Shown here: positions 20,632 through 30,937 of the stretch, piece after piece | Layout of the letters: the number at the start of each line of letters is the position of its first letter | How positions within the stretch are numbered: position 1 is the first letter of the stretch | Assembly (NCBI GenBank): GCA_045660325.1 | Contig: JAZRDO010000023.1 | Coordinates: 4,897 to 68,896, forward strand | DNA: 64,000 nt | Reading direction: 5' to 3' | From: Eubacteriales bacterium | Lineage (GTDB): Bacteria; Bacillota; Clostridia; Oscillospirales; CAG-272 | Translations under genes and position numbers: made by a program | Notes under the pieces: generated by a model | Seen by the model: only the letters and a program-made list of their open reading frames with translations | What the model was told of the DNA's origin: nothing | Databases searched by the model: none

Positions 20632-21078
20632 TCAAATGAATTTCTTCATTGTCTCTACGTTCTTTTCCTCAAAGCTGATAATATCTCTTGCAAGATTTAT
20701 AGCCGTCTCCGAAACGCTTGTGTTTTCGTTCTCGCGCAAGATCTTGAGCGTATCGGTAATACCCATAGTAGAGCCCTCAACGGTCATCTGCGCCAGGTGG
20801 CTATCGCTTGAATCCATAATGGTGTTCATGGTCATTCCAATCGTAACTCCCATCTTCGCCATCATGCCCTCTTCCTTTTCCATATAGCCGAGAGCGTGAA
20901 GTCTTTCCTTGATCTTTTCCGCAAAGCGCTCATAGCCGTTCAGCTGACTTGTAAGAGCCTTTTTAAATTCGCCGTCGTCCGCCTTTTCAATTATCTTTAT
21001 CGCGGAATCCGAGCCCATTTTCATGTTCTTGTAAAGATTCTCAAGCATTGATACTTCATTCTGTACTGCCTCATTCAT
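20632..21078 (-). CDS. helical hypothetical protein, possibly ferritin-like or sporulation related
   Basis: AAGGAG RBS; upstream GTATA-N17-CAATAAT resembles a forespore sigma promoter (weak inference). Confidence 0.7.
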   Translation of the reverse strand: MNEAVQNEVSMLENLYKNMKMGSDSAIKIIEKADDGEFKKALTSQLNGYERFAEKIKERLHALGYMEKEEGMMAKMGVTIGMTMNTIMDSSDSHLAQMTVEGSTMGITDTLKILRENENTSVSETAINLARDIISFEEKNVETMKKFI

Positions 21079-21332
21079 ATACAACAATCTCCTTTTCTGA
21101 TGCTTTTTGCAAAAGAATTATTGACTGTTTTTTCAAATTATATACAACCGAAAAATCAGAAACGATTGTTCATTTTTGCTCAAAATTCCACCGTATTTGA
21201 AACATTTTTACAAAAAATTTGTTATTTTTTTGTGCAAAATCACACTTTTATATTTATACAAATTATGATATAATTAATATATATGTAGACTGATTTCAAC
21301 CACACGGCAATTCAAGAAAGGACGGTTCTTTA

Positions 21333-21845
21333 ATGTTTAACATAGGAGATTTAATAGTGTACGGCAACAACGGAGTTTACTCAGTTACCGAATATTGCAA
21401 GTCACCTGTGGATAAAAATGACACAAGGACGTTTTATTTGTTAACACCGCTTTACGAGTCTGCCAGCAATATAATTATAACTCCCTGCGATAACGTCAGA
21501 GTGTCTATGCGACATCTGATAACAAAGGACGAGGCATACTGTATTATTGACAAAATTCCCTATATTCCCGAGCTTGTTGTTGAATACGAAAAGAATCGAC
21601 GCGATAAGTATAAGGAAGCTCTCTCGTCGGGAGACCTTGAGGAATACGTAAAGATCATAAAGTCAGTTCATACAAGACGCGAAATTACAAAAATAACAAA
21701 GAAGAGACTCAGCGAGACCGATACCGAATACGAAAAGAGAGCAAAATACTGCCTTTACAGTGAATTTGCTTCCGTATTTGATATTCCGTTCAGCTCAGTC
21801 GAGGAATTTATAAACCAGAGAATTGCCGCAGAGGCAAAGGCATAG
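21333..21845 (+). CDS. CarD family transcriptional regulator
   Basis: MFNIGDLIVYGNNGVY N-terminus and C-terminal LYSEFA motif. Confidence 0.88.
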   Translation: MFNIGDLIVYGNNGVYSVTEYCKSPVDKNDTRTFYLLTPLYESASNIIITPCDNVRVSMRHLITKDEAYCIIDKIPYIPELVVEYEKNRRDKYKEALSSGDLEEYVKIIKSVHTRREITKITKKRLSETDTEYEKRAKYCLYSEFASVFDIPFSSVEEFINQRIAAEAKA

Positions 21846-21884
21846 TGCCCCTAACACCCCTCTTACAGTAATTGGAGAATTTTT

Positions 21885-22796
21885 ATGACAAGCGCCCAAA
21901 TATTGAAGAATCTCTATGCGCCCGAAAAAAAGGTCGACGTTGTTATCGACACGGATGCATACAATGAAATAGATGACCAGTTTGCAATCGCATATCTGTT
22001 AAAATCACCCTCGCAGTGTGATGTAAAGGCAATTTACGCCGCACCGTTTACAAACGACAAATCCACAGGTCCCGAGGACGGAATGCTCAAGAGCTACGCC
22101 GAGATACACAAGCTCCTCGATCTTATGGACCGAAAGGTTGACGTATTCTACGGTGCCAGAGAATATCTTAAGAGCGAGCATATTCCCGTAGAATCCGAGG
22201 CGGCGCGCGACCTTGTTGCCCGTGCGAAGAACTACACCCCCGACAATCCCCTCTACGTAGTAGGTATTGCCGCTATTACGAATATTGCATCCGCACTTAT
22301 TATGGATCCCTCGATTTGCGATAACATTGTTATCGTATGGCTCGGCGGACACGGTCGCGATTTCCACGACACAAACGAATTTAATATGAGTCAGGACATA
22401 ATCGGTGTAAACATAGTATTCAACGCTATCGTTCCCTTGATTCAGGTTCCCTGCCGAGGCGTAGCGAGTGGAGTAAGAATATCCCGCCCCGAGCTTGAGC
22501 ATTGGCTCCTCGGAAAAAATAAGCTCTGCGACTACCTCGTTCAGAACACTATTCAGGACACCGAAAAGCACTTTGCGGGCACGCCCTGGTCAAGATCAAT
22601 GTGGGACTCCTGCGCGGCGGCGTTTATTTTCAACAAAGGACACCGCACGATGGCGCCCAAGTTCGTTCACGCACCTAACGTCAGCGAAGACCTCAAATAC
22701 ATCGACAATCCCGCGGGCAAGCCCATGAACTATATTTATTATATCCACCGTGACCTCGTCATCACGGATATGATAAGAAAGCTTGCCGCACCGTAA
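21885..22796 (+). CDS. nucleoside hydrolase family protein
   Basis: DTDAYNEIDD, AITNIASAL, WLGG, EFN, WD. Confidence 0.88.
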   Translation: MTSAQILKNLYAPEKKVDVVIDTDAYNEIDDQFAIAYLLKSPSQCDVKAIYAAPFTNDKSTGPEDGMLKSYAEIHKLLDLMDRKVDVFYGAREYLKSEHIPVESEAARDLVARAKNYTPDNPLYVVGIAAITNIASALIMDPSICDNIVIVWLGGHGRDFHDTNEFNMSQDIIGVNIVFNAIVPLIQVPCRGVASGVRISRPELEHWLLGKNKLCDYLVQNTIQDTEKHFAGTPWSRSMWDSCAAAFIFNKGHRTMAPKFVHAPNVSEDLKYIDNPAGKPMNYIYYIHRDLVITDMIRKLAAP

Positions 22797-22798
22797 TA

Positions 22799-22832
22799 AA
22801 AAGGACCTCGGAATCATCCTCCGAGGTCTTTT
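22799..22832. terminator. bidirectional terminator
   Basis: AAGGACCTCGGA/TCCGAGGTCTTT between convergent genes. Confidence 0.7.
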
Positions 22833-24364
22833 AATTTGAATATTTTTCTGCCCGCAATAATCAAATACAGCACCGCCGCCGAGATGACCGACACGAGTGT
22901 CAGAACACTGCCTCCGCCGACGTAATTCTGAACTGTTCTCATTACAAGGAATACGGGTATTATGGATGCCGCCGAGCATAGCGCGGGAATCACGACAGTA
23001 TCCTTAAAGCTAATTCTACCCTTAAAATACTTAAATAAAAATACAAAATTCAAGATACATATAAGAAGATCACAAAAATACGTTCCGATTGGCGCGCCAA
23101 AAATATTTATTTGTTTGGTTCCTATAAGAATAAAGGAAAGAATAATTTTTAAAAGACACCCCGCCGACATGGATATCAGCGGCTTTGCCGCCTGCCTGTA
23201 CGCCTGAAGCATAGCGTTTGTGAGCGTTATCAGAACACTTGATGTTACCGATAGCCCGAGCAGGCCTAAAAGCGGTGTGATAAGTCTTACGCCCTCGGTC
23301 TGATTTTTAAATATAAGCGACAGTATCTCTCCCGAAAAAAGTGATATTCCTATCATAGCAGGACAGCTTATATAAGTCGTCAGTGAAAGCGCACAGGATA
23401 TTTTATCCCCCTCTGCCTCCGTATCCCCTCTTGAGATTTCCCGTGAAAGCTCAGGGATAAGAGGAATCGCGACCGAGCTTACGAGCGCCGCCGCAAGCGA
23501 AAAGATCGGGATTGCCATAGTCGTATAGCTTCCGTAAATTGTGTTTGCATACTCGCTTGTATACCCGATATCCTGAAGGCGCCGCAAAATCATCGTCATA
23601 TCCACGATTCTTACAAGACTCATCATAATTGAGGATAACGTCGCAGGAAACGATATCCTTACAATATCAAATATTATCCTACGCCGCTCGCCCTTATCAA
23701 GAGTCGGCGGCCTTTTTGTCTTCCCCGACCGTTTTCTTTTATACAGTACAAAATACAAAAGACTTATCGCGCTACCGAGAGTTATTGAGAAAACTCCCGC
23801 CGCCGCAACAATGTGAACGGGAAGACTCATCCGTATCGCAATCATAGCGAAGAGAAGCCCGAAAATCAGCTTTGAGAGGGCTTCTATGATCGACGACACA
23901 CAAATAGGTCTCATATCCGAAAGCCCCTGAAAATAGCCCTTATAAGCGCCCATGACGCACACTAAAAAAAGAGACGGCGATATGGCAAGAATACTGTAAT
24001 AAGCCTTCTCGCTTTTAAGTCCCTCGGCAATATTGTGCGAGAAAACAAGCATAAGCGCAGAAAAAATAACGCCTATTGCCGCAAAGAGCTTAAGAGACAC
24101 ACTAAGCACCCCGTCGGCCTTATCCCGCGCGCCCGAAATGATGACGGACATCGCGACGGGCAGGCCCGTGATCGAGATGATGCACAAAAGCGAGTATATC
24201 TCATAAGCAGAATTGAAATATCCCATGCCCTCGCCTCCTACGAGACTGAGCATGGGAATTTTATAAAACAATCCTATTATTTTAACTAAAACCGTCGAGG
24301 CGCTAAGGCTCAGCACCCCCGACAAAAATGTATTTACGCCACCCTTTGACAGTATCCTCGGCAA
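22814..24364 (-). CDS. MOP flippase of the SpoVB/YabM/MurJ-like family
   Basis: KIIGLFYKIP...GMGYF, GLPVAMS, GYFQG, many TM helices. Confidence 0.88.
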   Translation of the reverse strand: MPRILSKGGVNTFLSGVLSLSASTVLVKIIGLFYKIPMLSLVGGEGMGYFNSAYEIYSLLCIISITGLPVAMSVIISGARDKADGVLSVSLKLFAAIGVIFSALMLVFSHNIAEGLKSEKAYYSILAISPSLFLVCVMGAYKGYFQGLSDMRPICVSSIIEALSKLIFGLLFAMIAIRMSLPVHIVAAAGVFSITLGSAISLLYFVLYKRKRSGKTKRPPTLDKGERRRIIFDIVRISFPATLSSIMMSLVRIVDMTMILRRLQDIGYTSEYANTIYGSYTTMAIPIFSLAAALVSSVAIPLIPELSREISRGDTEAEGDKISCALSLTTYISCPAMIGISLFSGEILSLIFKNQTEGVRLITPLLGLLGLSVTSSVLITLTNAMLQAYRQAAKPLISMSAGCLLKIILSFILIGTKQINIFGAPIGTYFCDLLICILNFVFLFKYFKGRISFKDTVVIPALCSAASIIPVFLVMRTVQNYVGGGSVLTLVSVISAAVLYLIIAGRKIFKLKDLGG

Positions 24365-24399
24365 AGCAACCTCCCGCCGCCAATACTACAAAGACGGCA

Positions 24400-25689
24400 T
24401 CAATCGAAATAGTGAGCAACCACGTCCGAAAATTCGTACTTAAGTCTTTCCTTATCAATTGTAGTATATTCGCCGTTATTGTAAAGTATGTCTCCGTCGA
24501 TCATAGTAAGAACTACGTCCTCGGTCTTTACGCTATAAGCCACGGAGGATTCATAGCTGTACACGGGGATATTGTTGAATGCGCTCATATCCAGCATAAC
24601 GAGGTCGGCGCGATATCCCGCCTTGATCTCGCCGCAATCATCACGTCCCTGCGATCTTGCTCCGTTTACGGTCGCTATGTCAATTATATCTCTCGCGTTC
24701 GTTGCCGCCGCATTTCGCTCGTTGCCCTTATGGATAAGAGCCGCAAACTGAAGCTCGCGGATCATATCAAGGCGATTGTTGGACGCAACACCGTCAGTAC
24801 CGAGCGCAATGTTTACACCATGCGCTCTCATAAGGGAGTAAGGCATAATGCCGCTACCGAGCTTAAGATTGCTTACGGGGTTGTGCGCCACGAAGGTTCC
24901 CTTCTCTGCTAAAATATCCATATCGTTTTCAGTAAGATATACACAGTGAGCCGCAGTTGAAGGAACGTCAAGCACACCTGCGCGAAGGAAAAACTCCGTA
25001 GGTGTGATTCCGTGTCTGCCGATGCACTCCATATGCTCCTTCTCAGTCTCGGAGAGGTGGAACTGCATACGAAGTCCGTTCTCCTTTGCATATTCGCCAA
25101 CGTATCTTGCGCACTTCTCTACGTTCGTATATTCCGCGTGGAGAGACATATCAACCTTGATTCTGCCGTTATTTGCGCCGTGCCATTTCTTTGCAAACTC
25201 AATGGATTCAAGAGTGCGGAAGTCGTCCTTCATCTCGATATCCTTATCAAAGGAAACGATGGAGCGGGCAAGGTTTGCCTTGATACCCGTCTCGTTTACC
25301 GCCTCGGCAACCGAATCCATAAACATATACATATCCGAGAACGAAACGATACCGCCACGAAGCATCTCCGCCGCCGCAAGCATAGTTCCCCAATAGGTAC
25401 GCTCGTTATTTAAGTTCTCCTCTGCGGGAAAAATTCTCGTGTTGAGCCAAACGTCAAGAGGAAGATCGTCTCCGTAGCCGCGGAAGAGTGTCATTGAGCT
25501 GTGGCAGTGAGCATTGTAAAAGCCGGGGATAACGAGGTTTCCATTACCCTCAATAACCTTGTCTACGCCCTCAAAATTACTGTCCGTGCCTACGTATTTA
25601 ATAAATTCGTCCTCGATGAGAATATTTACCGTCTTGTTTTCAAATCCGTATTTTTCGGTAAGATGTACGTTTTTAATTAATGTTTTCAT
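24400..25689 (-). CDS. mtaD: 5-methylthioadenosine/S-adenosylhomocysteine deaminase-like amidohydrolase
   Basis: PGFYNAHCH, HAEYT, HLSET, HNPVSNLKLGSG, GTDG. Confidence 0.85.
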   Translation of the reverse strand: MKTLIKNVHLTEKYGFENKTVNILIEDEFIKYVGTDSNFEGVDKVIEGNGNLVIPGFYNAHCHSSMTLFRGYGDDLPLDVWLNTRIFPAEENLNNERTYWGTMLAAAEMLRGGIVSFSDMYMFMDSVAEAVNETGIKANLARSIVSFDKDIEMKDDFRTLESIEFAKKWHGANNGRIKVDMSLHAEYTNVEKCARYVGEYAKENGLRMQFHLSETEKEHMECIGRHGITPTEFFLRAGVLDVPSTAAHCVYLTENDMDILAEKGTFVAHNPVSNLKLGSGIMPYSLMRAHGVNIALGTDGVASNNRLDMIRELQFAALIHKGNERNAAATNARDIIDIATVNGARSQGRDDCGEIKAGYRADLVMLDMSAFNNIPVYSYESSVAYSVKTEDVVLTMIDGDILYNNGEYTTIDKERLKYEFSDVVAHYFD

Positions 25690-26595
25690 TTAAACAAATT
25701 CCTTATAAAGTGAGTTTTCTCTTATAAATGCGCTATCGGAATCGCGGATTCCCTCAAGCTTTGCTTCAATTTCAAGTCTTGCCGCGTAATTTTTACTGTC
25801 AGGAGTGATGTCCTTAAGATCCTTTAAAAGATACGGTCTTAAAATGTTGATCTCATACGCCTGTGTCGTATCGACCATAACGCAATTGTCGTCAACGTTA
25901 GGGAAAATATTGTTCTCCTCGTTCCGTCTTACGCTCTCCCAGAGAGACATCGTGAAATTCGCGTTCGTATCTCTGAAATTGTTGTCTCGCACGATTCTAC
26001 GAAGAAGTCTTATCTCATGGGGCTCAAACACCCTCTCGCCAACCTTTATTGCGCTTTGAGGACACACAAAGAGCGTCTTGCTTCCCTCGCTGCCGAGAAG
26101 CTTTACCACCTCGGGATAAAGCACCTGAATTCCCTCGAACACGAAAACGTCCTCGTCGTGTCGGACTATTTCATGGTACTCGGGGCGCGTGCCCGTCTTA
26201 AAATCAAAGATCGGCTTCATTGCTCTTCCCTTTGAGAAAAGATCGTGTACAAACTGTGTAAGCAGGGGCATATCAAGTGTATCGGGGGAATCAAAATCAA
26301 GTCCGTCGGCGTCAGATGTGCTTCTGTCTATTTCTTGCTTTGAAAATTCATCCTTGAAGAAATCGTCAAGAGAGATGACCTGCATCCTCTTTCCCATACC
26401 CTCAACAATTGATTTGAGCTTTTTCGCCGCCGTGGTTTTTCCCGAGCAGGTGGGGCCTGTAAGCCCGATTATTTTCTCATCGCCCGAAAAAACTCTGTGT
26501 GCGGCAAGTGAAAGCGCCGCGTCAAATCTGTCGTCACAGTTTTCTATAAATTCTTTATCCGCAATTAAACGTCCGTTTACAGTATGTGTTTTCAT
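25690..26595 (-). CDS. uridine/nucleoside kinase family protein
   Basis: GPTCSGKTT P-loop, SLDDFF, EGI, RLLRRIVRD. Confidence 0.85.
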   Translation of the reverse strand: MKTHTVNGRLIADKEFIENCDDRFDAALSLAAHRVFSGDEKIIGLTGPTCSGKTTAAKKLKSIVEGMGKRMQVISLDDFFKDEFSKQEIDRSTSDADGLDFDSPDTLDMPLLTQFVHDLFSKGRAMKPIFDFKTGTRPEYHEIVRHDEDVFVFEGIQVLYPEVVKLLGSEGSKTLFVCPQSAIKVGERVFEPHEIRLLRRIVRDNNFRDTNANFTMSLWESVRRNEENNIFPNVDDNCVMVDTTQAYEINILRPYLLKDLKDITPDSKNYAARLEIEAKLEGIRDSDSAFIRENSLYKEFV

Positions 26596-26655
26596 AGCTT
26601 ACCGCCTTTCTTTAATATTTTTTAAAATAAGCTATACTTATCAGTATATGCGAAA

Positions 26656-28149
26656 TCAAACTAATTTATGTTCAATATAGAACTTTTCCGCCGCGTCAAG
26701 CTTCTCCTGTGTTCTGTCGCTCGCAAGATACTCATAAGGGTATTTAAGGTTGAACGCGCGCTCAATAGTTCTCTTTTTGCCGTCCGCGGGATAATAATCG
26801 ACAAACTTCGACACAGCACCCGCACCGACCGCGAATATGGAGTGAACCTCCTCCATCATATAGATGTTATAAAGTCCCTCGCAACCGGGCAAGGAAAGTC
26901 CTACGTTTTCGAAATTTCCGACCGTATTCTTCTGTCTGTACATATAGTAAGGCAAATAGCCCTCGTGCTGCGCCTTGATCTGCGAGTAGTCGACGCTCTT
27001 ACCTACGTCGCCACCGCGCATGGAATAAATATTCTTATCGTTGCGCAGAGCATCGCAAGCATTCTTTACGGTAAAGGTATGTACCGTAATGTTCTCGGGA
27101 CGGAGAGCCAGTATCTTGTCGAAGGAATCCGAGAAGGTCTTGAACTTATCCCCGGGAAGACCTGCTATAAGGTCGGTATTGATTACGGGAATACCCGATT
27201 TTTTAGCAATTTCATAGGCGCGAAGGAAGCACTCGGTATCATGCGCGCGTCCTACGTTGCGCAAAACCTCGTCATTCATTATCTGAGGATTTACACTTAT
27301 TCTGCCAACTCCGTACTGCTTGGCTATGCGGAGCTTTTCCTCGTTGATCGTATCGGGGCGTCCGCACTCAAGCGTATATTCCTCAAGCTTTGTAACGTCG
27401 ATATTACTGCTGATCGTTTCAAGCAGATCGGCAAGCTGGATCTCGTCAAGAGTCGTAGGCGTGCCGCCACCTATGTATACGGTCTTTAGATTAAGTCCCA
27501 TTCTCTTGATAAAATCAAAGGTCGCGACAAGCTCGCGCTTCATTTGTACAAGATAATCGGGAATGGTATCGAGAAGCTTCTTTGAGGTATATGAAACGAA
27601 CGAGCAGTACGCGCATCTTGTCGGGCAGAAAGGAATTGAAATGTATACGCTGCAATCCTTTTTGTCGGGCGTGCCGATAAGCTTATCCTCGTTTATAGCT
27701 ACCTCGGTCGCAAGCGCCGCCTTCTTGGGAATTACGAAATAATCGCTTGTCAGCTGCTTCTTAACTTTTGTTTTGGACATACCGCTCTTGAGCATCTCGG
27801 TCGCCACCTTTGAGGGACGAACTCCGACGAGCATACCCCACGAGGGACGGTAGCCGAGAAGATCACCGCAGGCGGTGAGCACAGCGTCGCCAACTACGAT
27901 CTTTTTAAGTCTATCCGCGCTTATATCCTCACGCTTTACGTAATGGCGCTCACTCTCGGCGCTCTTCTCACCGAGATATACCTTCGCGTACGCGTGCGCG
28001 CCGTCATCATCCTCGCGGTACGTCAGATGAAGCACGGGATTCTCCCCGTCCTCCTCCTCGCTCTGCGAGAACTTTGCGCCCGGGAAAAATATCATACACA
28101 GCATCTGCACGTAGTATTGATTGATATTTCCGTCTATGTAAACTTTCAT
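26656..28149 (-). CDS. hemZ: HemZ radical SAM protein (HemN-like)
   Basis: WGMLVGVRP, CPTRCAYC, YIGGGTPT, GRPDT, YMYRQK; located next to dtd-relA. Confidence 0.92.
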   Translation of the reverse strand: MKVYIDGNINQYYVQMLCMIFFPGAKFSQSEEEDGENPVLHLTYREDDDGAHAYAKVYLGEKSAESERHYVKREDISADRLKKIVVGDAVLTACGDLLGYRPSWGMLVGVRPSKVATEMLKSGMSKTKVKKQLTSDYFVIPKKAALATEVAINEDKLIGTPDKKDCSVYISIPFCPTRCAYCSFVSYTSKKLLDTIPDYLVQMKRELVATFDFIKRMGLNLKTVYIGGGTPTTLDEIQLADLLETISSNIDVTKLEEYTLECGRPDTINEEKLRIAKQYGVGRISVNPQIMNDEVLRNVGRAHDTECFLRAYEIAKKSGIPVINTDLIAGLPGDKFKTFSDSFDKILALRPENITVHTFTVKNACDALRNDKNIYSMRGGDVGKSVDYSQIKAQHEGYLPYYMYRQKNTVGNFENVGLSLPGCEGLYNIYMMEEVHSIFAVGAGAVSKFVDYYPADGKKRTIERAFNLKYPYEYLASDRTQEKLDAAEKFYIEHKLV

Positions 28150-28154
28150 TTTAC

Positions 28155-28613
28155 TTATCCCTTCTTGAGTAATACGTCACTGTCCATAACGATGGTAACG
28201 GGGCCGTGATTTACAAGCGACACGTCCATGTGCGCGCCAAAAATACCGCTTCCAACGTGACGAAGCTCTTTTGCCAAAAGTCCCTTAAAGTACTCGTAAA
28301 GGCGGTTTGCCTCGTTTGGGGGAGCAGACGCCAAAAATTCGGGACGGTTTCCGTGCTTATAGTTAGCCATAAGAGTAAACTGTGAAATAACGAGCGCCTC
28401 GCCGTCGATATCACGAACGGAGAGATTCATCTTTCCGTTCTCATCCGTGAAAATTCTGTGCGCGACGATCTTCTTTGCAAGCGCGTCAGCTTCCTTTTCG
28501 GTATCGCCCTGCGCTACTCCGAGAAGGATGAGAAGTCCCTCTCCGCACGAGCCGACAACCTCGCCGTCAACCTCAACAGACGCTCTTTTTACTCTTTGTA
28601 ATACTGCTTTCAT
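28155..28613 (-). CDS. dtd: D-aminoacyl-tRNA deacylase
   Basis: MKAVLQRV, SQFTL, NHGPVT. Confidence 0.96.
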   Translation of the reverse strand: MKAVLQRVKRASVEVDGEVVGSCGEGLLILLGVAQGDTEKEADALAKKIVAHRIFTDENGKMNLSVRDIDGEALVISQFTLMANYKHGNRPEFLASAPPNEANRLYEYFKGLLAKELRHVGSGIFGAHMDVSLVNHGPVTIVMDSDVLLKKG

Positions 28614-28641
28614 TTTATGTTCTTCCTAAAATCAATTATTT

Positions 28642-30873
28642 TTATGACGAGAAGCCTCTGACAACGTCAAGAACGCCGTCAAGAGTACGAAGTCTGGACA
28701 CGATAGAATAATAGTGGTCGATATTCTTACAGCTTACCTTAAGGTCAATAATGTAATCACCGTTTGCCTTCTTTCTGGAGTTTACCTGAAGGATCATAAC
28801 CTTCATATCCGCAAGCGCCACGGCAATATTAGCAAGCATACCGATCTTATCCTCGGTAAATACCTGAAGGAGCGCCTCGTAAACGTTCTTCGATACACCC
28901 GTGTCCTCGGGAGTTTCCCAATGCGCCTCTATCCAACGGTCGCGGCTCTCGGGATTCGCCGCTCCCGAAATAGCATTCGGGCAGTCCTTCTTATGAATAG
29001 AAATACCGTATCCCTTCGTGATAAAGCCGATAACCTCGTCGCCCGGCAAAGGATTACAGCACTTTGCAAATTTAACCGCGCAGCCACTCTCACCGTCAAC
29101 GATAATACCGCTGTTTGACTTGAAGTTCTTGGGCTTCGCCTTTGTAACCATAGCTTCCTCAATGGTTTCAATAGGCATAGGCTCGGGAATGACTCTCTTT
29201 GTCGCCTCTTCCTTGAGCTTATTGGTAACCTTCTGAATAGAGACACCGCCAAAGCCAAGCGCGTTATAGAGATCGTCCGCAGATGCAAATCCGATTCTCT
29301 CGCCTATAAGCGTCGCTATCTCCTGCTTCTCGGTATCACTGAGCTTGGGAATAAGCTTCTTTATCTCGCCGTCAAACATATTCTTGCCGACGATAATATT
29401 CTCAGCGCGAGTCTCCTTCTTGAACCACTGACGGATCTTGTTTCTCGCTTCACTGGTCTTAACAATATTAAGCCAATCTCGGCTTGGACCCTTGACACTC
29501 GACGAGGTAAGGATCTCTACGATCTCGCCGTTCTCCACTACTCTGTCGATAGGAACGATAGATCCGTTGATCTTCGCGCCCATCATCCTGTTACCTACCG
29601 CCGAGTGAATGGCGTAAGCAAAGTCTATAACCGTCGAGCCCTGCGCGAGCGCAATAACGTCGCCCTTCGGCGTGAACACGAACACCTCGTCGTGGAAAAT
29701 GTCCGTCTTGAACGCGTGGAAGAATTCCGCGCTGTCCTTTACGTCGTCCTCCGCCTCAATAAGCTTTCTGATCCACTCAAGCTTCTTGTCCATATCCTCC
29801 TTAGAGGATGCGCCCGACTTGTACTTCCAATGCGCCGCAATACCGTATTCAGCCATGTGGTGCATTTCCCAGGTTCTTATCTGTACCTCAAAGGGGATAC
29901 CGTCGCGACCGATAACCGTCGTATGAAGCGAGCGGTACATATTGGGCTTAGGCGTGGAAATATAGTCCTTGAATCGACCTGGGATGGAATTGAACATCTC
30001 GTGAATCATACCAAGCACGGTGTAACATTCAAGCTCCGTGTCAACGATAATACGAAGCGCATAGAAGTCGTAAATCTCGTCGAAAGACTTATTCTGCTTG
30101 AACATCTTCTTATAGATACTGTAAACCGTCTTGATTCGTCCCTCAAGCGTGTATTTCATTCCGCTGGCGTCAAGCGATTCGGAAATAGTATTTCTTACGT
30201 TTTCAATAAAATTCAGGCTCTTACCGTACTTAAGCTCGATGTCCTCCTTGACCTGCGCGTAGCCAATAGGGTCAAGATAGGAAATACCTATATTTTCAAG
30301 CTCCTGCTTGATCTTCTGCATACCGAGTCGGTGAGCCAAGGGGGCGTAAACCTCCATCGTTTCAAGCGCAGTAAGACGGCGCTTATCCTCTCGCTTCGCG
30401 CCAAGAGTTCGCATATTGTGAAGACGGTCGCAGAGCTTAATGAAGATAACTCTTACGTCACGAGACATAGCGAGAAGCATCTTGCGTAAGCTCTCGATCT
30501 GACGCTCCTCCTTATCCTCAACCTGAAGAGAAACGAGCTTTGTCAAGCCGTCAACGAGAAGCGCTACCTCCTCGCCGAACTGCTTTTTGATTTCATTTAA
30601 GTCCGTCTTATCCGAGCAGTCCTCCACCGTGTCGTGAAGAAGTGCCGCGCATATAGAATCCGTGTCAAGCTCAAGGCCCGCTACGATCTCCGCAACTGCC
30701 ACAGGATGGGAAATATACATTTCTCCGCTTGCGCGGTACTGTCCCTCATGAAGCGTATACGCGTAATCATAGGCGCGTCTTATCTTATCAATATCATATT
30801 TTTTGCCCGTAAATCTAAGTAGATCGCAAAGGCGTTCTATATCAGTATGCGGCACGTTAGCACCATTCTCCAT
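28642..30873 (-). CDS. relA: bifunctional (p)ppGpp synthetase/hydrolase
   Basis: HD domain LHDTVED, DRLHNMRTL, RFKDYI, EVQIRT, then TGS, CC and ACT domains. Confidence 0.97.
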   Translation of the reverse strand: MENGANVPHTDIERLCDLLRFTGKKYDIDKIRRAYDYAYTLHEGQYRASGEMYISHPVAVAEIVAGLELDTDSICAALLHDTVEDCSDKTDLNEIKKQFGEEVALLVDGLTKLVSLQVEDKEERQIESLRKMLLAMSRDVRVIFIKLCDRLHNMRTLGAKREDKRRLTALETMEVYAPLAHRLGMQKIKQELENIGISYLDPIGYAQVKEDIELKYGKSLNFIENVRNTISESLDASGMKYTLEGRIKTVYSIYKKMFKQNKSFDEIYDFYALRIIVDTELECYTVLGMIHEMFNSIPGRFKDYISTPKPNMYRSLHTTVIGRDGIPFEVQIRTWEMHHMAEYGIAAHWKYKSGASSKEDMDKKLEWIRKLIEAEDDVKDSAEFFHAFKTDIFHDEVFVFTPKGDVIALAQGSTVIDFAYAIHSAVGNRMMGAKINGSIVPIDRVVENGEIVEILTSSSVKGPSRDWLNIVKTSEARNKIRQWFKKETRAENIIVGKNMFDGEIKKLIPKLSDTEKQEIATLIGERIGFASADDLYNALGFGGVSIQKVTNKLKEEATKRVIPEPMPIETIEEAMVTKAKPKNFKSNSGIIVDGESGCAVKFAKCCNPLPGDEVIGFITKGYGISIHKKDCPNAISGAANPESRDRWIEAHWETPEDTGVSKNVYEALLQVFTEDKIGMLANIAVALADMKVMILQVNSRKKANGDYIIDLKVSCKNIDHYYSIVSRLRTLDGVLDVVRGFSS

Positions 30874-30937
30874 ACCTTACTCCAATCCGCCGAAAGCTCG
30901 GCATCAATCAAAAAATCGTATGTTTAATTCTTGTTTA